This document shows positions 10,446-21,175 of a DNA stretch of 64,000 nt, one piece after another (the first letter of the stretch is position 1; every line of letters begins with the position of its first letter). A model generated the notes under the pieces. That model had not been told where the DNA came from, did no database searches, and saw nothing but the letters and a program-made list of their open reading frames with translations. Position numbers and translations under genes: made by a program. The DNA is from an uncultured Prochlorococcus sp. (GTDB lineage Bacteria; Cyanobacteriota; Cyanobacteriia; PCC-6307; Cyanobiaceae). Location of the stretch: the NCBI GenBank assembly GCA_902624785.1, contig CACNYU010000001.1, positions 18,737 through 82,736 of the forward strand. Reading direction: 5' to 3'.

Positions 10446-10497
10446 AAAAAAAAACCCTTACTGGAAATAAGAAGGGTTGGATAAGGTTAAGGTTCTT
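10446..10497 (-). ncRNA. Candidate ~50-nt sRNA or terminated leader
   Basis: TATAAT (10509-10504, minus), CU-rich 5' part, AACCCTT/AAGGGTT hairpin followed by a U-run. Confidence 0.45.
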
Positions 10498-10565
10498 AAT
10501 TTTATTATAGTTATTTCTTCAATAATTCGTTTAAATCTAATAGAGTAGAGTAAATTTTTATTGAA

Positions 10566-10769
10566 ATGTTAGATTTGCTTACAATTAATACATGTAAAAG
10601 TAATCCTGAAATTAGAGATTTAAAAATTAAAAATATAGAGCATGCTATCAATCAAGCCGAAGAGATGATAAAAGAATCAAAAATGAGTCAAGATGAATTA
10701 ATTTTCTTAAAGAAAAAAATATCTGACTCTAGACAAGATTTAGAAATTCTGTATTTGATGAAAGGTTAG
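10566..10769 (+). CDS. Hypothetical helical protein
   Basis: 67-aa ORF. Confidence 0.55.
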   Translation: MLDLLTINTCKSNPEIRDLKIKNIEHAINQAEEMIKESKMSQDELIFLKKKISDSRQDLEILYLMKG

Positions 10770-10829
10770 AGAAATTATCACTTAAATATTATAAAATGGT
10801 ATTATTTTACGAAGATTATCAAGTTAAGA

Positions 10830-11093
10830 TCATTTAGTAATAAAGTTATCTATACAGTATTCACTTAATTTTATATTTTCATAGATACTTCTTTGAAGTT
10901 TATTCTCAACGTCAATACAATTTTCAATTTTATCACTTTGATTATTAAGCTCTTCTTCTCCCTTCTCTAAATTATTATTTTTGTAGAGTATTATAAATTG
11001 AACAAAAAAAGTAGTACTTAATAATATCAAAGTAATGTATAGTATTTTTAAGAAATTCATTTTATTAGAATTACTATAATTAATATCCAGCAA
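10830..11093 (-). CDS. Hypothetical membrane-anchored protein
   Basis: N-terminal TM, two C-terminal Cys. Confidence 0.45.
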   Translation of the reverse strand: MLDINYSNSNKMNFLKILYITLILLSTTFFVQFIILYKNNNLEKGEEELNNQSDKIENCIDVENKLQRSIYENIKLSEYCIDNFITK

Positions 11094-11304
11094 TTAAATT
11101 GTTAATGCAAATAAAATAAAATAAATTTAAATTAATTTAATTTAATTTAAAAAATTAGAAATAATAAGTTTCTAACAAATAAAATATTAATAATTATAAA
11201 TTATAAAAGATTCAAAAAACCTATAAACCATATTTTATAAGATATTTAATATTGTCAATATAGATATTATCTAGTACATTTTTATAAGTATATATATTAT
11301 ATAA

Positions 11305-11490
11305 ATGATAAATATTTTTAAGAATTTAAAAAAGAATTTATTCATTAATAAAAAGAAAAGGGATTTTATTGCTGCTTCAAATCTAGAGAAAAAGGCTATG
11401 CAACTAAATCTTAGATCAGAAGAATACTTAGAATCAGCAAAGAAAAGTTCACAAGATTGGAAAAATAAATGGTTTAAAAAAATATCATAA
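11305..11490 (+). CDS. Hypothetical basic protein
   Basis: 61-aa ORF. Confidence 0.4.
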   Translation: MINIFKNLKKNLFINKKKRDFIAASNLEKKAMQLNLRSEEYLESAKKSSQDWKNKWFKKIS

Positions 11491-11625
11491 ATTTTGATAA
11501 ATTCAATAAAAATTTGTATAAGAATCTTTAAAGCTATTTTTTTAAATGTATTAATTTTTTTCAAAACATAATAATCTTGCTTTACTAATGAAAAGGAGAG
11601 AATATAAAACTAATACAAAAAGTAT

Positions 11626-12933
11626 ATGCCTTTGTTTAATTCAAAACTCCAAAAAGTTATAGGTCCTGGAATAATTTTTGCTGGTGCTGCAATTGGAGGT
11701 TCTCACCTAATGTCATCGACTACAGCCGGCGCGAGATTTGGATTTTCATTAGTTGGTCTAATACTAATTACAAATTTTCTAAAATATCCATTTTTACTTG
11801 TTGGGACACGCTTTACTGCATCAACAGGGATGTCACTATTAGAGGGTTTTAAAAGGAGAAATTCTTCATACCTTCCTATTTTTCTTATCGTTAGCTTAAT
11901 AACAGGAACTTTCACAATTGCCGCTGTTAGCTTCGTTTCAGGAGTTCTTTTGACAAATATTCCATTATTTTCAAATTCCCCACCGATGGATTTATCAATA
12001 ATGGTGTTAGTTGTGTGTGGATTTATATTATTAATTGGCAAATACAAAGCCTTAGACAGATTATCTAAAATATTGGTTTCTTTACTAACAATATTAACTT
12101 TTTTCGCAGTCATTTCTCTAATAACAAAAGGTAGTTTAAACAATGAGCTAATTACAACTTTTTATAACTCAGAGAGGAGCCCATGGAGACTTTCTAATTT
12201 ATCTTTTCTCATACCATTAATGGGATGGATGCCTTGTCCAGTTGAACTATGTGTATGGCCTTCACTTTGGATGTTTTCCAAAAATAAGGTTTCCAAATAT
12301 AAACCCACAATTAAAGAGGCAGAATTTGATTTTAATCTTGGATACTTCTTAACTATCATAACTGCAATTTTCTTTGTAACCTTAGGAGCTATAACTATGT
12401 ATGGTACTGGCGATGGGATGTTATCTGGAAGTGGAGTTGCATTTGCTCAGAATTTAATCAAACTTTATACCGAATCAATAGGAGAATGGTCAAAATGGGT
12501 AATAATTCCAGCTTCCTTCGCAGCAATGTTTAGTACAACATTGACGTGCTTAGATGCTTATCCAAGAAGTATTTCATCAATTCAAGGATTGATAAAAGGA
12601 ACCGATTTAGGAAGAATGGAATCTTCTTTAGAACAAACCAGATTTCAGAACTGGATGATTATTCATATTTTTGCTTCATTAATTGCGCTACTTCTTGCTA
12701 AATCTGGAGGAATTGGCGTTAAAGATTTTGTTTTTGGAGCCATGACAGGAAGTTTCTTATCAGCACCCGTATTCGCATGGATGGCGATGGATACAATAAA
12801 TAGTAATTTAGTACCAGACAAAAATAAATATGGTAGTTTTTTAAAATTACTTTCTTGGATTGGATTAGGCTTTCTATTATTTTTCAGCTTTTTATTTATA
12901 TCTAATTCATTTTTTGGTATTGGGATCTCTTAA
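11626..12933 (+). CDS. NRAMP-related divalent metal cation transporter
   Basis: GPGIIFAGAAIGGSHL, GARFG and AAMFSTTLT motifs; about 11 TMs; no canonical DPGN. Confidence 0.8.
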   Translation: MPLFNSKLQKVIGPGIIFAGAAIGGSHLMSSTTAGARFGFSLVGLILITNFLKYPFLLVGTRFTASTGMSLLEGFKRRNSSYLPIFLIVSLITGTFTIAAVSFVSGVLLTNIPLFSNSPPMDLSIMVLVVCGFILLIGKYKALDRLSKILVSLLTILTFFAVISLITKGSLNNELITTFYNSERSPWRLSNLSFLIPLMGWMPCPVELCVWPSLWMFSKNKVSKYKPTIKEAEFDFNLGYFLTIITAIFFVTLGAITMYGTGDGMLSGSGVAFAQNLIKLYTESIGEWSKWVIIPASFAAMFSTTLTCLDAYPRSISSIQGLIKGTDLGRMESSLEQTRFQNWMIIHIFASLIALLLAKSGGIGVKDFVFGAMTGSFLSAPVFAWMAMDTINSNLVPDKNKYGSFLKLLSWIGLGFLLFFSFLFISNSFFGIGIS

Positions 12934-13099
12934 ATATTGTTAATTGGTCAAATAAGTTTAAATTGAGAAAAAATTATAACTTTATTATGCATATATTAGT
13001 TATCGCAGTGAACAATTCTATTTAACTATGTTCATTAATAATGTAAGATTTATTTTTTAAAAGTAGTAAAATAAAAAATATAATTTTCCATATTAATTT

Positions 13100-13330
13100 A
13101 TGAAATTAGAGAATATTATTTATTCTTTTTTAAAATTTTTCTTATTAGCAGGAGTTTTAATTTTATTTTTAGGTTCTTTTTTGAAACTATATATTTCAGT
13201 GCCTAATAATTTATCTCTAAAAATTGTTTTTATTATATTATATCTTTGGTTTACTGTGGGAATTAATGTAAACTTTATAATCCCATTAATTGGAATAATA
13301 GATAAAGAAATTAATCAGAGAAAAAGATAA
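13100..13330 (+). CDS. Hypothetical membrane protein
   Basis: Two hydrophobic helices. Confidence 0.45.
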   Translation: MKLENIIYSFLKFFLLAGVLILFLGSFLKLYISVPNNLSLKIVFIILYLWFTVGINVNFIIPLIGIIDKEINQRKR

Positions 13331-13765
13331 ACTTATCAACTTTAATTAAAATTTAAATTTAAAATTTAAAAATAATTTAAAATTATTACCTAATATATTT
13401 GTAGATAATATATTAAAAATTATTGAAAAAATAATCAATCAACGTTATATATAAATTATTTATTAAAATTCAAATGAAATATCCAATAGGAATATTTATA
13501 TTATTATTTAGTATTTATTCAATAACTGATTTAGCTATTAAAGCAAGATATACAAGAAAAAGACTTACAAGTGAAAAGCAAAAAAGAAAACTAAATAGTT
13601 AATTTAGATATTTTCAAATTATATAAAACTTTTTATTTGCATATTTTTTAAAATTCGTTTATTTATCAATATATCATTTTGTAAATTTGACAAATTATTG
13701 TATCAAGTACTCTTGATAAAGTCTTAGTTGTTATTTTAAGGTGATTAACAAATTAAATAATCAAG

Positions 13766-14005
13766 ATGTTTTCTTCAACTCAAAGTAAAGAATCTGAAAT
13801 AAATAACTTAGATAAAATAAAAATTATTGACCCTTTTACAAAATGGCTTATTAGAATTGCTTGTATATTTATAATTTTATTTTTCAGTGGAATAATTTTG
13901 GGAATTCCAATTATAATTTCTTTTGGAAAATCTCAATTAGATAATTCTTTATTGTCTTTTAAAGAAGTTTTAAAGACGTTCATTGAGACATTTTTATATA
14001 GTTAA
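13766..14005 (+). CDS. Hypothetical single-TM protein
   Basis: 79-aa ORF. Confidence 0.45.
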   Translation: MFSSTQSKESEINNLDKIKIIDPFTKWLIRIACIFIILFFSGIILGIPIIISFGKSQLDNSLLSFKEVLKTFIETFLYS

Positions 14006-14043
14006 ATAAATAAAAAAACTATATAAAGATTTCTATATAATTT

Positions 14044-14565
14044 TTATTTTGGTAAATCGATATTATTGTGAAATCCAAATAAATTTAATAATGCGGGTAT
14101 TAAGAGCAAAACTGTTATGAGACGCACTGCATGAAGAGCTGCCACAGCCGCTCCCACTCCATATTCCGCTCCTATCAAACTCATCCCAATAGTCCCACCA
14201 GGAGCAGAACCAAGAATAGCCACGATAGGATCTATTCCTAGAATTTTACTTATAGCTAAAGCAACTAATACTCCTGTTAATAAAAGGGAAAATGTTATTA
14301 GCAATGCTGGTTTCCAAAGAACTTGTAATTCTCCTAAAGTCTCCCTATTAATCCCTGTCCCAATTACGGTACCGATACCAATTCCTAATAAAGTTTTTGT
14401 ACCTAAAGGCCAATTAGCTATTTCAATCTTGCCGCTTACACTTAATAAACCTGCACCGATAATAGCACCTAAAAGAGGTGCTGCAGGTATACCTGTAAAG
14501 AGCATTAAGCAACCAAGGGCAGAACCAGCGGCAATATACAAAATTAAATTTAAGTAAGGAGGCAT
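14044..14565 (-). CDS. AbrB-family membrane protein (single-repeat form)
   Basis: GIPAAPLLGA, IGTVIG, SAPGG..GM and LHAVRL motifs. Confidence 0.8.
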   Translation of the reverse strand: MPPYLNLILYIAAGSALGCLMLFTGIPAAPLLGAIIGAGLLSVSGKIEIANWPLGTKTLLGIGIGTVIGTGINRETLGELQVLWKPALLITFSLLLTGVLVALAISKILGIDPIVAILGSAPGGTIGMSLIGAEYGVGAAVAALHAVRLITVLLLIPALLNLFGFHNNIDLPK

Positions 14566-14712
14566 TTCATTTTGATATTACTACTAATAAATTTTACTTT
14601 TTAAGGAGTAATTTACAAGCCTGAGATAAATTTTATTTTTTTAGCTTAAGTATCATAATAATGTTGAATTTTTAGAAAATTAAATTAAAGTCTTAGTATT
14701 ACATTTTTAAAA

Positions 14713-14928
14713 ATGGAAAATAAAAATATAAATTTTATTTATACATTACTATCATTATTTATATTTTCTTTAATAATAATTTTTAGCCTAATTGCGATAA
14801 ATTTGAGGCCATTGACACTTTGGGCTGATTATCAAAATACATGTATAAGGGAGGAAAGCATTAATAAAACAATACCTTGGGCTGTTAGAAAATGTAATGG
14901 TCGATCTAAAGTTTATCAAGTCAAATAA
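14713..14928 (+). CDS. Small membrane-anchored protein with AVxxCNG motif
   Basis: TM, then PL..WA...N.C and AVRKCNG. Confidence 0.6.
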   Translation: MENKNINFIYTLLSLFIFSLIIIFSLIAINLRPLTLWADYQNTCIREESINKTIPWAVRKCNGRSKVYQVK

Positions 14929-15323
14929 TTAATTTATCCACTTTTTTAAGTCATTAATTTCTTTATTTATTAAAAAGCTTTTTAAGCTTATTAATAAATG
15001 AATTTTCTTGTGGATCAGGAACTTTTTTCTTGTTTTCTGCACTTTTTTTATACCAACTACCGTATTGGGATTTTTTATAATCTTGACTACTTTTTTCTAG
15101 ATTGTTTTCACTCGACATGGTTTTTAAATTATTTAATCTATAATAGCAGGAAAAGGAAAAGACTAATTTATTAGCAAATATATAACCGAAAGGATATGGA
15201 CAATAACCAAATATCTATTTTTGTTTTACTATTCATTATTTATGCATTGATTGCACCGCCACTCATAAAAAACTTTATCAGCAAATTAGATAAAAAGAAA
15301 AAATAATTAGAAAAAATAATTAT

Positions 15324-15695
15324 ATGGTTTTTAAAATTGATAAATTATTTTTAAAAATAGCATCATTATATAAATTTGTAATTATGAATATATTGTTCAT
15401 AGTTATTCTTATATTATTTAGCATACCTGTGTTTTCAAATGAAACGAATACGGAAAGAAATTTAGCTTACAAGTATTGCAAATCAGTAGAGAGTAATATG
15501 TTTAGAGGTCTTGATGATGAAACAATCTTAAAGTATGAATACTTCTTTAATTCGGTTAATATTGAAAATACAAAAGAGATATCAGAGTTATTAAACAATT
15601 TCACATCAGAAGTTGAATTAATTTGCTCTTACAAGTTGAACATTGAAGAGAAAGAGGAATTTCTAAAAGAGCTAGAACAAGCCATATCTAACTAA
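15324..15695 (+). CDS. Hypothetical exported protein
   Basis: Signal-like segment, then LAYKYC...C. Confidence 0.5.
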   Translation: MVFKIDKLFLKIASLYKFVIMNILFIVILILFSIPVFSNETNTERNLAYKYCKSVESNMFRGLDDETILKYEYFFNSVNIENTKEISELLNNFTSEVELICSYKLNIEEKEEFLKELEQAISN

Positions 15696-15745
15696 AATAA
15701 ATAATCTATAAATATTTTCTAAAAATTTTTAAATTGAAAATCTAA

Positions 15746-15940
15746 TTATTTATTATCTTTTCCATGCCCATGAGCTATTCCTAATTCATGCATCCTCGCA
15801 TGCTCTTTAATTGGATCTCTTAATTCTTTAGACTTTGGACCAGCAGTTGTATATATACCGTATCCAATAGCACCAAATAAAAGGACGCCAATACTTCCTA
15901 GAACTATTAGCAGAGTTGGATCGCTAGAAGTTGTAACCAT
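15746..15940 (-). CDS. PsbN-like protein with His-rich C-terminal extension
   Basis: GYGIYTTAGPKSKELRDPIKEH matches PsbN GY.lYt.FGppS..LrDPfeeH. Confidence 0.75.
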   Translation of the reverse strand: MVTTSSDPTLLIVLGSIGVLLFGAIGYGIYTTAGPKSKELRDPIKEHARMHELGIAHGHGKDNK

Positions 15941-16236
15941 TGTATTTAATTAATCTCCAATACTTTAGAGTAAATTTGAAAGCAGAAGGCTTTAATTAAC
16001 AATTTATTACACATCTATGTATTTTTTTATACATTTAGATTCTATGTAGTTAATTTGCAAAAAAGATTCAGAATACATTTAAATAATTAAATAAAATTAT
16101 TTTCTTTGCTTATAAGCAAAATATACAAAATAAAAAATATTAATTACAAAATTATTAAAATTAAGAAAAATAGTATTTATTTTGATGGGCAGAAAGCAAA
16201 AAAATATTAGATTATTTGTAAATATTAAATTTTGAT

Positions 16237-16557
16237 ATGGAAGAACAAATTAAAGCTGCCAAAGAGACACGCTCCTGGAGTGGCTTAAGCTGTAAGGTTC
16301 TTGCAAGCTTAGGCGTATTTGGAACATTAATTTATGCTTTTGGATTTAATTCAAAAGATATGAATAAGAGCTTATATTTGGGGATCATAGCTACTTCTTT
16401 AAGCACAAGTGCATCATTAGGAGCTCTAGGTAGCATAGCTGAAAGCTCTAAAAAAAATAAGGCCCTGACTGAGTTATTAGTAGAATCTACAAATAGTGCT
16501 TCACAATTACCACTATCTAAAGAAATAGAATACTCTGATCTTAATGAAGACAACTAG
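16237..16557 (+). CDS. Hypothetical two-TM protein
   Basis: 106-aa ORF. Confidence 0.55.
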   Translation: MEEQIKAAKETRSWSGLSCKVLASLGVFGTLIYAFGFNSKDMNKSLYLGIIATSLSTSASLGALGSIAESSKKNKALTELLVESTNSASQLPLSKEIEYSDLNEDN

Positions 16558-16763
16558 TTAATTTATTATCTAAATAGAAATAAAATTGCCTTTGTTACTG
16601 TGCAAAGTTTTTAAAATCGACATAGATAAAAAAATTATCTTTACCTAATTAAGAGAAATAAATAACTAATTAAAGTAAAATAATACAAAATTTTGTTTTA
16701 CATGTTTATAAAGATTGAAAACTTTTATATTTTTAGTTATTTATAAATTAATGACATTAAATT

Positions 16764-17126
16764 ATGGACTTTAAAAGATTTTATTCTCTGAATTTTCTTG
16801 GAAGATTATTTTTAAGTGCAATATTCATAAATGCTATTCCAAGCAAAATTTTAGATTTTGGTGGTAAAACAGAATATATTGCGGCTCAAGGTTTTCCAGA
16901 GTTTTTATCAGCAATATTTTTAGTCGCAGCTATTTTAGTACTAGTAATTGGATCATTCCTTTTGATATTTACAAAAAAAATTAAATTAGGTAGTTCTCTT
17001 TTACTTATTTTTTTAATACCAACTACTGTGATTTTTCACTTAGTAAATTTTGATCCTATTCATTTAATCATGAATATCTCTTTAATAGGAGGCCTTTTAC
17101 TTGCTATTGATAAATCAAGTACCTAA
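16764..17126 (+). CDS. DoxX family membrane protein
   Basis: LGRLFLSAIF, FLIPTTVIFH and NISLIGGLL motifs. Confidence 0.85.
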   Translation: MDFKRFYSLNFLGRLFLSAIFINAIPSKILDFGGKTEYIAAQGFPEFLSAIFLVAAILVLVIGSFLLIFTKKIKLGSSLLLIFLIPTTVIFHLVNFDPIHLIMNISLIGGLLLAIDKSST

Positions 17127-17244
17127 AACTTTGATAATAATTAAGTAATTTTCCATTTTTATTTGATTTTTCAGTTTAATTATCAATGGTTATTTCTAAA
17201 TCTTTATTATAAAATTTACTTATTAAATTTAAATATTAAAAAAG

Positions 17245-17415
17245 ATGGGTAGATTTGATTTTGATGATACTAATAGTACAGGTATTTGGTGGTCAACAAA
17301 TGTTGCTATTAAAGATGAATTAATTGGATTAAAGGATGATACTAATTGCGATGATTCTGAAATAGTAGAGCTTTTGAGGAGTATCGCTCAAAATATCGAA
17401 GATTATGGACTGTAA
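17245..17415 (+). CDS. Small acidic hypothetical protein (56 aa, not in track)
   Basis: MGRFDFDDTNSTGIWWSTNVAIKDELIGLKDDTNCDDSEIVELLRSIAQNIEDYGL. Confidence 0.65.
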   Translation: MGRFDFDDTNSTGIWWSTNVAIKDELIGLKDDTNCDDSEIVELLRSIAQNIEDYGL

Positions 17416-17488
17416 ATTATTAATATGAACAGAAATAACTCTAATTAAGTTAACTTAATAATTTAAATTTATTTAAAAAATAGTGATA

Positions 17489-17623
17489 TTATGCTGCAGT
17501 TTTATATTCAGACATAGACTTCAATTTAGCAGCTTTTTTTAGAAGACTTACTACTTCTTTTCTCCCATTAGCATTTTCAGCGAGGTTGATTAATTCAACA
17601 TATTTTTTATAAATTCTTTTCAT
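17489..17623 (-). CDS. Small helical protein (44 aa, GRKE motif)
   Basis: MKRIYKKYVELINLAENANGRKEVVSLLKKAAKLKSMSEYKTAA; paralogue at 40808-40933. Confidence 0.6.
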   Translation of the reverse strand: MKRIYKKYVELINLAENANGRKEVVSLLKKAAKLKSMSEYKTAA

Positions 17624-17727
17624 CTTCTTAACTAATATTTAATTTAAAATTACATTAAATAAACAATATGTCAACTTTAAATATAAATTTATTAGATTAA
17701 TTACTTAAATTAAATAAAAATTTAAAT

Positions 17728-19449
17728 CTATGAAGAGCAACTATAGTGGGACACCCCTCCTGCATTAAAGTATTTATTTGGTCTTAAGCGATCATATTTT
17801 TTATTTGACTCAGATGAATTATTTCCATAAGGATCTTTGAATAGATTTTGCAAGTCTTTAAATTCGCTATAATCACCTTTCTCAGCATTCTCATAAGCAG
17901 AAACAATTAACCACTCCCTCCAAGTATATTTTGGATTTATTTGTAGCATAGAATTTGAAATATCCTTAAGTTCAAAACTTTTATCTAAACAACTTTTCCA
18001 AGATTCCAACCAAATATTCCAACTTGATTCAAGGTCGTTTGTAGATGGTTTATAGAAACTATCTTTTAGATCATTTACGTTATTAGGAATATTAGATAAA
18101 ATTCTAAAAAATTTGGTGTAGTCAACTTGCGTGCTAATCATCAAATTAAAAAGGTTTTTAATAAGATTTTCATCATATATTTTGATTCCTAATTTCTTAC
18201 TCCACATAATTTGAATTTCTTCTTCCATGCACTTAGTGAATCCATGCATAATTTCATCAAGTTTATTTGATGAACTTTTATCTTTTTCAACTAAAAGTTT
18301 TATAGAAGAACAGAACATCTTAAAGTTTAATTCAGCAGCTAAAGGCTGATTAAAAAATGAGAAGTGTTCACCTCCTCCGGTCCATGGTTGAAATTGTGGA
18401 TCAAATAATTCGCAAAATCCGAATGGACCATAATCAAGTGTATATCCTCCAAGAGCACAATTATCACTATTAAAATTACCCTGACAATATCCGACTCTAA
18501 TCCAATTAGCCACTAAAGAAGTAAGTCTCTTTCTATACAAATAGGCTAATTCAATAACTTGTTCAGAAAAAGGCTTATTATCAAATATCTCATCCTTATA
18601 ATTTCGATTAATCAAGTGCTCTACAATCATTTTAAGTTCCTGAAAAGATTCATCATGGGATTTATTCTTAACACGCCTTGCAAATAACTCAATTTGACCA
18701 ATGCGCAAAAAAGAAGGTGCAACTCTAGTAGCTATCGCAATATAGTTATCAACCATAATTTCAGGATCAAATGAATCAGAATCCTTTTGATACCATGGTC
18801 TTTTAACCATATCTTTTTCTGAGACAAAAAGAGTAAGTGATCTTGTTGTAGGAACACCCAAAGAATGCATTAACTCTTGAGCTAGAAATTCTCTAATGCT
18901 AGAACGAAGAACAGCTCTTCCATCTCCACCACGACAATATGGAGTAGGACCTGATCCTTTTAATTGCATTTCCCATCTTTGCCCTTTAAAAACTCCTTCA
19001 AAAATAGATATTGCTCTTCCGTCTCCATAACCATTACCCGTACGAAATGGACATTGACTATTATATTCTGTTCCATAAATTGATAAGGCATAACCAGTCG
19101 CCCAACCAATATTATTCAAATCTTTTATTTTAAATTTATGGTTACCAGAAAAGAATTGAATGAAATTCTCGTCTTCAATTAATTTATCACCTAATCCTAA
19201 TTCCTTAAAAAATTGTCCACTATGTGTTATGTATTTTGGAGAAGTTAATGCTATTGGTGTTACAGGCACATAATGTCCAGAGTAAACCTGCCTAGGACTG
19301 TGATCATTGCCATCAACTGTAGATTGAGGATCTGCATGAAGAGTTTTAATGAATGAAAAATCTGCCTGATTTAAAAAATCATTAAAATCATTAATTCTTG
19401 AGAAATTATCAGCGTTGTTTTTTTCATTCATATTAAAAACTAAATTCAT
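17728..19449 (-). CDS. selO: Protein adenylyltransferase SelO (YdiU/UPF0061)
   Basis: GDGRA, QLKGSGPTPY, DGRAVLRSSIRE, GNFNSDN and DYGP motifs; C-terminal SCSS. Confidence 0.92.
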   Translation of the reverse strand: MNLVFNMNEKNNADNFSRINDFNDFLNQADFSFIKTLHADPQSTVDGNDHSPRQVYSGHYVPVTPIALTSPKYITHSGQFFKELGLGDKLIEDENFIQFFSGNHKFKIKDLNNIGWATGYALSIYGTEYNSQCPFRTGNGYGDGRAISIFEGVFKGQRWEMQLKGSGPTPYCRGGDGRAVLRSSIREFLAQELMHSLGVPTTRSLTLFVSEKDMVKRPWYQKDSDSFDPEIMVDNYIAIATRVAPSFLRIGQIELFARRVKNKSHDESFQELKMIVEHLINRNYKDEIFDNKPFSEQVIELAYLYRKRLTSLVANWIRVGYCQGNFNSDNCALGGYTLDYGPFGFCELFDPQFQPWTGGGEHFSFFNQPLAAELNFKMFCSSIKLLVEKDKSSSNKLDEIMHGFTKCMEEEIQIMWSKKLGIKIYDENLIKNLFNLMISTQVDYTKFFRILSNIPNNVNDLKDSFYKPSTNDLESSWNIWLESWKSCLDKSFELKDISNSMLQINPKYTWREWLIVSAYENAEKGDYSEFKDLQNLFKDPYGNNSSESNKKYDRLRPNKYFNAGGVSHYSCSS

Positions 19450-19550
19450 CCAATAATCATTTTAAACACTTAAATAAATTATTTAGTAAAAAGTATTTCA
19501 TGCTAGTAAGTATTGGTAAATAATTCGTTCAATAATAAATTTCTTTATTT

Positions 19551-20564
19551 CTACAAAAATTTTTTTAGGGAATTACTCATATCTACCATTGTTTTAAAGA
19601 AAGGTGTAGGTTCCCAATTATAAATTTCACTTGTTTGGGATAAATCTAAGGAAAAATATCCTCTTTTGATCATAGATTTTGAAGTTCTCATATCTTTATT
19701 AAATATTGCTAATAATTTTATGATTTGATCAGGCACTTTTTTAAGTGTTGTTTTTTTATGCCCTATTTTTCTTAGAATCTTTGAAATCTCCATAAATGAA
19801 ATTGCTTTAGATGATGAGGTAATTATCCTTTTAAAATCACTCTTACTATTAGTTAATGATTCGACGTGTAATTTTGCTACATCTCTAACATCTACTACTG
19901 AAAAATAAATATTTGGTAAGGCAGGGAATTCGCCTTTAATCATTTTTATAATAAGACTTGCTGAAGTTGAATTTATTTGATTACTAAGTACTGGACCAAA
20001 TATCATTCCAGGATGTATTGATGTCATTTTAAAAGAATTTTCTTTTAAATTATGAACATAATTCCAAGCTGCTTTTTCAGCTAATGTTTTACTCTTTATA
20101 TACGCTCCAACAGGAACAGAAATATCAGTCCAGTGACTTGGATCGCATATTTTTTTATTATGTCCAAAAACTATTGAACCTATTGAGGATGTCAATATCA
20201 CTTTTTTCACACTTGATTTATGAGCCGCCTTTAATGCTCTCAATGTCCCTTTTACGGCTGGATTAATAATATCTTTTTCATCTTTAGGTTCTTTAACGAT
20301 ACATGGAGATGCAATATGCATTAAATAATCACAATTAGAAGTTGATAAGTCCCACCCGAAATCATCAAGTAAATTTAACTTACAAACTTCAAAATTATCA
20401 CCTTTAATTTTATTTCCCAAAGCTCGCCTAACTTCTTTTTCTTTTTTTATATCTCTTAAAGAACCTCTCACGGAAAAACCATTCTCTAAAAGTTCAGAGA
20501 TGCAATGAAGAGCCAAATAACCTGAAGCACCGGTTACTAAAACCTTTTTTTGTTTTTTTACCAT
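19551..20564 (-). CDS. NAD-dependent epimerase/dehydratase (dihydroflavonol-reductase-like SDR)
   Basis: VTGASGYLA, HIASP and YIKSK motifs. Confidence 0.88.
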   Translation of the reverse strand: MVKKQKKVLVTGASGYLALHCISELLENGFSVRGSLRDIKKEKEVRRALGNKIKGDNFEVCKLNLLDDFGWDLSTSNCDYLMHIASPCIVKEPKDEKDIINPAVKGTLRALKAAHKSSVKKVILTSSIGSIVFGHNKKICDPSHWTDISVPVGAYIKSKTLAEKAAWNYVHNLKENSFKMTSIHPGMIFGPVLSNQINSTSASLIIKMIKGEFPALPNIYFSVVDVRDVAKLHVESLTNSKSDFKRIITSSSKAISFMEISKILRKIGHKKTTLKKVPDQIIKLLAIFNKDMRTSKSMIKRGYFSLDLSQTSEIYNWEPTPFFKTMVDMSNSLKKFL

Positions 20565-20662
20565 CTCAGGGAATTAAATCTGCATAGCAGTGATAACTAA
20601 CACTATATATATTTACTATATCTTTTATATCTAATAAGTATTTAAAAGTATTCAGAAAATAT

Positions 20663-20845
20663 CTAAAAGTCATTGCAGCAAAGAACTTCTTGAATTGATT
20701 GTTTTACACTTTCTGAAACAGATGAATCTTCAAAATTCCATTCAACCCAAGTAATGCATTCTTCTAAAGAAGGCTTTTCCCCATATGTATTTTTCCAGTT
20801 CTTAATCCACGTTGTAAGTGCAATAACCTTCTCTGTTGTAAGCAT
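20663..20845 (-). CDS. Small hypothetical protein
   Basis: WI...PSLEECITWV; paralogue at 40184. Confidence 0.6.
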   Translation of the reverse strand: MLTTEKVIALTTWIKNWKNTYGEKPSLEECITWVEWNFEDSSVSESVKQSIQEVLCCNDF

Positions 20846-20890
20846 TAAGTTAATCTATATTTATTTATTCTAAACATTAAATAGCTTAAT

Positions 20891-21175
20891 TTAATTTAAC
20901 CCAAAATAACCATCACAATAATAATTTGCTAAAGATCTATCATCATAATTACTTAATTTACTTAGCTTTAACTTTTTCAAAGCCTCCTCACCTGTAATTT
21001 GAAAACTAGAGTTTAATTTACCACAAGTATCTCTAACCTTGAAGTCGTTTGCGGATGGATTTCTAACATACACAGCAAATAGAGCCAAAAAAGCCGCTAA
21101 AGTAACAAATCTTCTATGATTACGCCACCATTGATAGGAATTTAAATTGAGCTTTTTCTTTAGATTTAACCCCAT
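20891..21175 (-). CDS. Hypothetical membrane-anchored protein
   Basis: WWRNHRR followed by a TM and two Cys. Confidence 0.6.
   Translation of the reverse strand: MGLNLKKKLNLNSYQWWRNHRRFVTLAAFLALFAVYVRNPSANDFKVRDTCGKLNSSFQITGEEALKKLKLSKLSNYDDRSLANYYCDGYFGLN

Noticed and set aside
17728-17745. Selenocysteine recoding at the selO C-terminus
   Set aside because: The gene ends SCSS-TAG with a normal Cys codon; no in-frame TGA
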